This document shows positions 54,959-64,000 of a stretch of DNA of 64,000 bases, piece after piece (positions within the stretch are counted from its first letter, which is position 1; every line of letters begins with the position of its first letter). Origin of the DNA: Bigelowiella natans CCMP2755 (taxonomy: Eukaryota; Protista; Cercozoa); NCBI GenBank assembly GCA_000320545.1, contig ADNK01001472.1:1-64000 (forward strand), read 5' to 3'. Below the pieces are notes generated by a model, which had not been told where the DNA came from, searched no databases, and saw only the letters and a program-made list of their open reading frames with translations. The position numbers and the translations under genes were made by a program.

Positions 54959-56944
54959 TACATATGTTTGTGTGTGCGTGTGTTTGTTGTATCACGGTAA
55001 GCGCAACTTCAGAGGGAGACAGAGAACATCCCTATTCAAATAAATTTGTGAAGTACATATTGCTATTACTTTCGCTCATCAGCTCCAAGTTTGGCCAGAA
55101 TCACATCTACGGTGACCCCTCCATACGTCCGAGTTTTTCTTTGCTGTTGCTGATACCTCGTCGTCGTTGTAGCAGATGCTGATTGTTTACCTAAAATTGA
55201 GAATAATAGGTATGAAAAGATGACAACTGTTTGAAGCCATTGTAATATGTTGCTTTCTACCATTAACTTCTGCTTTGATTAAAGGTGGCGAAGGAGGTTG
55301 CTCCTTTGCTTTCGAATTGCCCTCGTCCATCTTGAGAATTTCTTCCGCCTCTTTGACAGCCGCAGTACTAATAACAAAGTGCTGATTGATACTGGCACTC
55401 TGACGACTATGATGACGATTGCCATCCTCGTTCTCCTTGTCATTATGAAGTTGGTGTTGGAACGGGGAACTGACTTCTCTTACACCATCCTTATTATCAA
55501 CGTTGCCAACATTCTTTTCCCGATTTAGTTGTTGAAAGCCCTTCCTCTCACTTCCCCCCTGATTATCTGCTTGCAAACTCTCCAGCGGCAGGTGGGACTT
55601 TTTGGTATCATCCATATCTTCATCTCCGGATTGATGCTGATCTCGGAGCATAGTGGCACCATTTTTCAATTCGCCATTCGCTGCATGTTCAGCTTCAGTC
55701 TCCACATTTTCCTCTCCTTCTTTTCCCCAAGCGAATCTTCTTTTATTTATCTTTCTGTCCTTTCCAAAGTTAGTGCCATCCAACTTCTCATCGTTTCTGA
55801 TGCTTGCGCTATTTTGCTTCCATACTGAACCTTCGCCATTATGCAAGTCTGTCGCACACATAAGAAAAACATACGTATCGGAGATTGATTGATTTATTTA
55901 TTCTTAGGAACAAGCAATAACATGGTCCTACTACTATCACCACACAACAGAGTCAAAGAAATCCAGAAGCATATACCACTTCTGTTTATACTCTCGCAAA
56001 AATGATGATCTTCCGATGTACTATCATTGCGAGATGACATGCCTGCTGCTGTTGCGTCTGTTGTCTTGACTACTACAGCATCTTCCACGACTTCCACCAC
56101 TGAAGCTGGATTCGCAAGATGGGCTTTAAGATCTGGTAACTTTTTATGGAGGGTGTTAATGAGCAACCCTTGATCAGTTTCACTGGCAGCGGAGTTGACA
56201 ATAAATACAAATTGGGGTGTGAATCGGTTGTAGAGAGCCTGAGGAATCAATAATAGTAGCAAGGAACATAAATCGTCGTAAGGAGATAGAAGATATCTTC
56301 AATGGAATTTTCATCAAACTCATCGTTCTCCATTAAGTTATCGAATCGACCAATTTACAAAAAGAAAACCGCTCATCAAAGACTCAAACACTTTTAGTTT
56401 AACTTACTAAGACAATTATTTGTGGAGAAATGTATAGTCGCAACATGGAAAGGCATGTCGCGGTGTCTATCGGTTTCCCCTTTGTTCTAGCATCACTTAC
56501 GACCGAGACGAATACGGACAAAAGAAACGCCCCGGAGATACAGTGTGCTGGCATCATGCAACAATTAGTTCATAATAATCATGTGCATTATTTCATTACA
56601 GCAAGGAGGTTTATGGCTGGAATCTTCAAGGGATTTGCTCCTGGCCGTGCTTGTCGCAAGCAACGTGTCGCCGCAGACACGGATGATTTCATATTTCCCT
56701 GAAAAACGTACACAAACACGCAGTATCATGTAAGTTTATACTCTCGGGACGCATACCCCCCCCTCCTCCCCCCACGAAAACCCTTCTTAACAAAGGAAAT
56801 AATAACACCGGAATTCTAAAGAAGGCTGGGAAAGAAGACGTGAGTCGGGCAAGGGTATCCATAGCTGCCGAACGAGCCTGGTGATAAATTTAAGAGATTT
56901 TAGCGTCAAGATTCTATCTGCCTGACATACTATGCAGGACTAGT

Positions 56945-57003
<59 letters not shown>

Positions 57004-57194
57004 CCTGAGGTCCCCTGGAACCTGCCACACGGACAAGGGAAGGCAAAACCTGTGCGCCGACTTCATCGAGAAGGGATTCGAACCCCACACCTGCAGCTCG
57101 ACGAATAGCGAGCCGGGAATCTTGCACGCGGGGTAGAAGCTTGACCAACAGCCGATCTAGATAAGGCACGATATCTCCTGCTAGACACCTGAAG

Positions 57195-57231
<37 letters not shown>

Positions 57232-59977
57232 CAGACAGACAGTGGGAAAGAAGAAACGGAAAGAGCGAAATTTATGATTCTCGGTGCTTTATCACTCATA
57301 TACATTTTAAAAAATACATGTATATAAAGAGAGCAACGAATAGTCGGGAAATCATCTACATTACCTTGTCATTGCAACAAAACACGAGAGAGTTGTCACA
57401 GCAACTTTTTGATGGGGATCTGCCAATCTACCCTCGAACAGTTTCACCAAAGACCCTGCATGCCTACTCGGCAGATGTAGTCCGCTGCTGTGTGCATTCA
57501 GCAGAGCTTCTCCAAGCCCCGAGAAACATCGAACCTGTTATGTCATTTATCATAGAAATAGCATTGTAAAGACCAGCGAGAATAGAGATCAAGATTTATA
57601 GAAGTACATGTACAAATATGATACTTTATTATTACACCTTCTCAGCCCAGTCATTCGCTTGTAACGCATACTCGATCCATCTCTTCACTGCCGCCGCAGG
57701 ATTACTATTTCCTGCCGCTCCAGTGCTATCAAAGGAAAGAAGTATTCAATGGAAGATGGAGAAGTATGTCGTTGCTACGTGTTCGTTCATTATTTCTACG
57801 TCCACATGATGATGGTAATTAGAATATACCTCTCGGTACTTCCGCCTAATGATTTGCTGGTTTTGATATTGGATGGAGACGCAAGTTTCGCATTTGGATG
57901 CGAGGAAACCGTGTTGGTTGTGTCTGCATGGCTGTGAAGATTAGGCATTGAAGCTTTTCGTATAACGGTAGATCGCTGCTGCTTCCGCCGAGCGCTGCTC
58001 GCCTTCGGAGAAAGTTTGCGCATTACGTGCGCTTTGGTTTCAGCGTCCACATCTAAATTTAATTCCGTGTTGACACTCACACGTGATGCACCCCCACCGA
58101 GCGCCGTTTTTGTGGTAACCTGTTTCTTGTGTAGAGAGACCGTCGATTTGACGTGTCGCAAGGGCGCTCGTTGAGCACCACCCAAACCCACTTGTGGGTT
58201 ATTATTCCGTTTTTGAGGCACCTTACTCTTCGTATCATTTCGTGCATTTATAGGAGATGATGATCTAGCACCGCTATTGGTGTCTTCCTTGTTCCATGTC
58301 GCAGCATGTTTAATGTGCCTAGGGGAAGAAGTGCCTTTCTTTTTTGTAGCTCTATCCATCCTTTGGATTGTGCTTCCAGGAGACTTTCTTAATTTTCCAG
58401 CTGTTTCTTAATGTGGACCCGACAAATACCGACGAGATTATGGAAAATTAGGTAAATAAAATCTGCAGCAAATACTACGAAAAAAACATTAAGCTCTTCT
58501 AAACAACCAAATTTTGATCACTCGCCTACTCAGTATCACAGCACAGCAACCTGCTGTAGAGTCGGAGGTTCGACTTGGAGTGGGCCATGTACCACCTGTT
58601 GTTGTTACACGTTTGGGCGAGGAGGCTAGTTTCATCTGAGGGTTAGTGGCATTCTTCTGCCGCCGGGTAATAGGGACGTTGGATGTGTGGAGATCCAGAC
58701 TAGCCGCATGACGATGTGAAGAGAAGGATTTTGGCGGCTTAATAGAACTGGATTTAATTTCTGATTCGTCCAAAAGACGCTGAATAATATATTGCTTTTA
58801 TTCAGTACCACTACAATGAAAGATTTATGGGATTTTACTATCATCGACCTTAATTTTGGGGTCCAAATCTGCAGCTAGATATTCAGCTCTGGAAGGCCAC
58901 CGAACAGCCAAAGCTTTGAAGCACTGTCTTGCCGCAGCTCTCACAGGGCCTGATGCGTCTGTCAAACGAGGCTTAAGCAGCTCTTCAACCTAAAAGGATA
59001 TTTTAAATGAATTCCACATCCACAAAATGAGTCTTTATATGTGGGCTATTTTGTTGCATGACCGTTGAAAGACGCTTTGTTAGGTCAGTTGGGCTATGAC
59101 GTAGGAGGATTGTCAAATAGTCGAGGCTCTTCTCTCTCACAGCGGGGGCCTTTGCCGTTCCCATATCAAATATCTGGAAATAAATACAAAAACCCGAAAC
59201 TAAGCTGCAACCAGTCATCGTATAAAGACTCATACTGTATATTACCTTTTGCACGGCACGGCGAGGGCAGCGAGTATTCCGTAGCAAACAATTCATGCAT
59301 CGGTTTGCTGATTCTGACATAACCTTTGAACACACCAAAAGTACAAAAATTCCAACAAATAATAAATATTTAGTTAGGGTAGTTCTAACCTGCTATAAAT
59401 GGATGATAGCAAATATGGGTACACTCTCAATGTAAGATTCTAAACTCTGCTGTTTATTACAATGGAACGTTTCATCCTACCTGGATTTTGACACAGTTCA
59501 GTCGGGAAAGGACAGGTATTACAAACTCCATAATAGGCTCCATACGATTCCGAATTATGCTATTAAATATTGAAGTTATAAACATATCCTTACCTCCCAT
59601 CTTTTTCTCTAATTAAGGTCAAGCAAAACTGATCATGTTAAGACACAAACAGGTGTGAAATTGTTCATTGTGCGACCAGGATATGTAGCTCAGTATGGCA
59701 CAAGTATGTTTGACCACTGAAGATCTTAGGTCCTGTAACTGCTCCACCAATGAATCTACATAAAGCACATATAGAACAGGATACTAATTATTAACTGCGA
59801 ATAAGATTTAATTTATAAATGAACTACTTTTTAGCTTGAGAAAGAGTGGTGAAAAGTTGTCCAAATCATGTGCGCCACCCATCACTAAACCTCCTAGACG
59901 GTTCAATGCCTTTATCCGCTATAAGAATTGAAACTCATCAATTAGAATGAACCAAGACAAACACAAACACCAACACG

Positions 59978-60047
<70 letters not shown>

Positions 60048-61651
60048 ATATGGGGAATCAACCACCAGAAAGTAAAATGAAAATTAAAGAAGTAAAAGAA
60101 CCTCATTCCAGTCCTTATTCCGGACGTCGCTTAAAGTACTTAAAATCTAATATTACAGAAGAAATTCAAATGAGAGAGATCAAACTGAAGGACACGGGTT
60201 TCTACCATATCCATTTCTTCAGAAAGCTCTTTCTCGGTATATACGCTGACAACCTCAACTCCATTGGGGATAGAAGCTGTGTTGATATCAGTGTCAGATA
60301 CTGTCTGTTGGTTAGCTTTGGTGGTATCCCCTTGGGTATTTGGAGAAATTTTCCTACTAGAACTCTGCCTCCGATGCTTACGAATGCGGGACTGAGTGGA
60401 TGATGACGAAGAGGACTTTGCTGACGATCGCTTGGACATTGGCACCTTAATCTCAGAGAACAGCTTTTTAATTGTGCTTCGCGTCTGAGGAATAAAGAAG
60501 ATAAGATATACTATCTTCTGGGTGTACGGGCCGGAAAATATGGTAAGAACGATGCGAACATGGAGGGAGGATATGCAAAAGCGAGAGAAAAGACGGAAGT
60601 GACCTTGGGTTTAATTTGCAGAGTGTTCAGAATTGCTCGAACATGTGTATTTGATCTGATATACATGCTGCAAATTGCTCTCATAGCGGCATCCCTGACT
60701 TCGGAGCTGCCATCTTCGAGCAATCGTACTGAATGAGGGACTAACATTTCAGCAACTTTCTTGTCCAAGGGATATTTCTCTACTCCCTGATATATTGAAT
60801 TTCATTGGGTAGAGTCAAGGGCAAAAGCTAAATTAGAAATCAGAGTCACTTCAGCAAACCTTAGATGCCACGGCAAGTAGTCCTTCCTTTACTAACGGTG
60901 CTTTGTATGATTCCAGAGGTTTCTCAAAGCTCTGAAGCACTTCCGTTGAGGTTCCTGACGCGGTCATTATAGCCAACAGCGCCTCGTTGGCTTGAGTTCT
61001 AACCTTCTGCTTCAGATCCCCAAGCCGCTCTATTATTTGAGGGATGATCGTAGTTACGTGTGCTATTGAGCCGGGCCCGATGGTAACGCACAATTCCCCA
61101 AGGCACCGAAGTGCTGTTTGTAAAACTTTCGCGTTTCGAGACCTAAGGAACATCTTGTAATCGGCCAGCACAGCTATGGCGTTTGGATCGGAACTCTGAT
61201 ATCAATTTCTTTAATAAGTTACAGGTGAATATGGACACGTTATTTTACTAACTTAATTTTCTTTGTTATCCCACAATCAAAATTTATATTTCAAGAAATA
61301 AAAGCAACGAACAATAGCATGCAAATAATTTATTCTGAATTCGATTTTACTCGAATTTGTTTTTCCTCCAGGCAACTTTCCAATAGTTTCAATGAGGTGG
61401 TTAGCCCTTTGCTGCCTAATAGCGGGAGAACCCGTATTGATTTGAAGGTGACGGAAAGATTCTCACCACAGAATATCGTAGTTCTATAACACTGTTCCCA
61501 TCTCCCTCCCCATTCTTTGTATATATTTTTTTGGTAATCGCTAGATTCCAACCGCATTTCTTAATTCTATGTGCGATTACTTTCGTTGTGAGATAATTGC
61601 CTAGGTACAATGATCTTTACCTTGCTCCATGGAATTAAGAACCTCCTCCAT
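52676..61651 (-). CDS. CLASP: CLASP (CLIP-associating protein; TOG/HEAT repeats)
   Basis: TOG1 (IIERLGDLKQKVR, LLEDGSSEVRDAA), TOG2 (DWNE|RIKAL, QLQDLRSSVVKHTC, DASGPVRAAAR), and C-terminal VRQSVIQCFVAMH...SQRRLIKIY. Confidence 0.87.
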
Positions 61652-62122
61652 CTTGATTTGACTAGGTTTGCCAATTCGAATGAACACTAGGGATTTATGC
61701 AGGTATGGTCCATCAAGGAAGCCACCACGTTGTCGTTGGATTATCGCAACCCAGCTACCACTTTTCAGTCGCAGATGTAGCACAGAAACTGAATGAATTT
61801 GAAGAATACAGCACTTTTTACAAATATTAATTGAAGAAGATCTGAAAAACTGGTGGCTAGTCCAGAGCACAGTGACAACCAGAAACAATTCCTGGTGATG
61901 AACTCGAAGTGTGAGGTTTTCTACTCGGAGACAAAGGATATCATGAAGGTTTTGTCTTGAATCAGTTCCATTTTCGCTCGTTAGTATATTTCAGCAGGAC
62001 GGAATAAATCGGCAAACAGTTTTTTCCACAAAACCCAGGGGCACAAGGAAAGATCTTGTCGTAATTTAGAAAAATCCAGCAATTTCCACATTGAACACCA
62101 AAGGCAACCAGGTTCGAAGATC

Positions 62123-62130
62123 GCGGGAAA
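62123..62130. promoter_or_regulatory. E2F-type site (TTTCCCGC on the minus strand) in the CLASP/CEP43 divergent region
   Basis: Exact 8-mer match between two cell-division genes. A single short motif, so weak evidence. Confidence 0.35.
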
Positions 62131-62562
62131 GGGTATCGCTAACGAACATCTGAGCGTTTAACACGTTCACTTATTTTTACAGAAGTATCACTAATTTTGA
62201 GCGTGGCGTTCGAAGTCCTTTTCGGTAAAAAAGTCCTTCATCTCACTTACAGGTGCAAAATAGGGGGTTAAATTAACATGCTAAACCCTTGGCAAAGTCT
62301 GAAAAAAAAAATAGATGTCCAAAATTTAACGATAATAAAAAATCTACTTATTTTCTCGCCTCCTGGTTACATGTATTATTTTTGGCGTTCTTATTGTTGG
62401 CAAATCCTTCTCTCCCCAAGCCCAATTTCAGTTATACTTCAACTTCACTGAACTCTACCCCAATCGGTAAGTTGTGTGATTCCTTCAGGGGATGGACACA
62501 ATCAAACGCGATAACATAAAATATTTCTAGTTTTTGCTTGCATATTAGAGCATACGTCCGTG

Positions 62563-62605
<43 letters not shown>

Positions 62606-62672
62606 TGTGTGTGAAGATGAAAGGGGGGAATGACTTATCTTGAATCCTTTGCAGGAAGCTGCTTTGAAGGAA

Positions 62673-64000
62673 ATGACCAGTCCAACCTCAAACATCGAGG
62701 ATCTACAGGATATAGTAGCGAAGGCTCTCGAGGCCAAGGGGGTGCTATCCAAGCTCCGGGTAAAATCGAATTCAAATGATATTCCAGAAGAAAAGAATAG
62801 AGTGCTGTAATTATTGCAGGCGGAGCTCCGGAAACATGTATTTGAGGTAATGGAAGAACAGGAAAAAAATGAGATGAAGGGCGACAAAACTATGCAAAAC
62901 GATAGCGTTGTCGCGGAGCTCTTAGAAACAAAAGAGGGCCAAATGGCAGCCTCGCTTGTTATGGACTTTCTGAAAACTTGCCAGCTAGACCATACCCTCA
63001 CTGTGTTCAAGTCAGAAGCAAATTTAAAAGATAACCCCAGGATACTACCAAAAGAGGTATAGACCACTTGCACTTGTCGGTGGTGGTTTCAGGACCAGAA
63101 ATTTCAAATCGTTCGTCCGTGAATTCCAGTACCTTCTGCTGGAAAAATCATTTAATAGAACATTTGATTCACCTGTTACGAAAATAGGAATTAGCAAGTG
63201 CAATGGGTGTCTCGGATGGGCAAGATTCAAGGCCTTTGATACTTTCGTGCTTTGAGGGAAAGGGCTCAAGCGAAGCTCTTTCTAAGACAATGAGTAGCAA
63301 AGCTCTCTCCTCGCAGTTAGATAAGAGTAAGCATGAGAAGCTACTATTACATTTTGTATCCATTGACATTCTGTATTGTGACAGTTAAGGATCCCAGCGA
63401 TCCAACTGAAAGCAGCCCTTCTCCAAAAAGAACGGAAAAGAAAGACACCGTTGTTGTGTCCAAACCTTCGCCATTAGGGAACTTACCATCCTTGGGAAGG
63501 TGTTGCTACATCAAGGAATAATCGATATACAATCATCCTCAATCGATCCTCGCTATTAAAAGAAACAAAAAAGTTTAAACCAAAAAACAGAATCCAAAAT
63601 CGATAAAAACTACAGATTTGAACATCCTGTCTTCCAACAGGTCAAAGCTTGGAGGCCTTCCAACCCTTAAACCATTGGGAGGAGCAGGGAAGGGTCTTGC
63701 ACCTATAAAGGTGGGTAGGTGTTTAGGATTGTTTACTACATCCATTATCACAGATCGAGAAACACGATTTGCAGAAAGAAATGATTACTTTGGATTAATT
63801 TTAATCAGAAGGGCGGACTGAAAGCCGATCCAATTATATCGGCTGCTGCTCCTGCTGCAGAAACACAGCAAAAACCTGTCGATAACAACGATACAAAGTA
63901 TTTTTAAAAAATAAACGATAAAGAGAAAATAGAAATTGAGAATCACCACATTAGGAAATTTACATTCTCATCATATCCTTGCTTCCTCCAATCCCCCCCC
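62673..64000 (+). CDS. CEP43: Centrosomal protein CEP43/FGFR1OP (FOP) family, LisH domain; 3' end runs off the window
   Basis: DLQDIVAKALEAKGVLSKLR|AELRKHVF...EGQMAASLVMDFLKTCQLDHTLTVFKSEA, followed by LGNLPSL/LGGLPTL low-complexity motifs. Confidence 0.85.

Overview
Intron-rich eukaryotic (protist-like) nuclear DNA. Most short ORF-track entries are artefacts of intronic microsatellites. By splicing exons by hand I can support 12 genes by recognisable motifs, plus two uncertain coding segments, in an almost strictly alternating -/+ order: organellar IleRS (partial), a small membrane protein, ORC2, a DUF4392/D-glutamate cyclase-like protein, TVP38/TMEM64, a BAR + Pro-rich protein, a PX + permuted papain-like (YiiX/YebB-type) protein, a truncated multi-domain phosphagen kinase, a DCC thiol oxidoreductase, METTL9, CSN7, a DUF3754/TMEM143-like protein, CLASP and CEP43/FOP (partial). 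The most striking signal is not a gene. A 1.7-kb block (32031-33760) has lost almost every TpA: 9 remain, 8 of them in CTAG, and CpG is intact. It contains a gene relic whose Tyr codons appear converted to His. Dense CTAG clusters also mark the 3' flanks of genes. Together these suggest a context-specific TpA->CpA/TpG hypermutation or base-modification system acting on silent DNA (inference). Family calls come from recalled motifs, not database searches. All counts and splice sites were read by eye.
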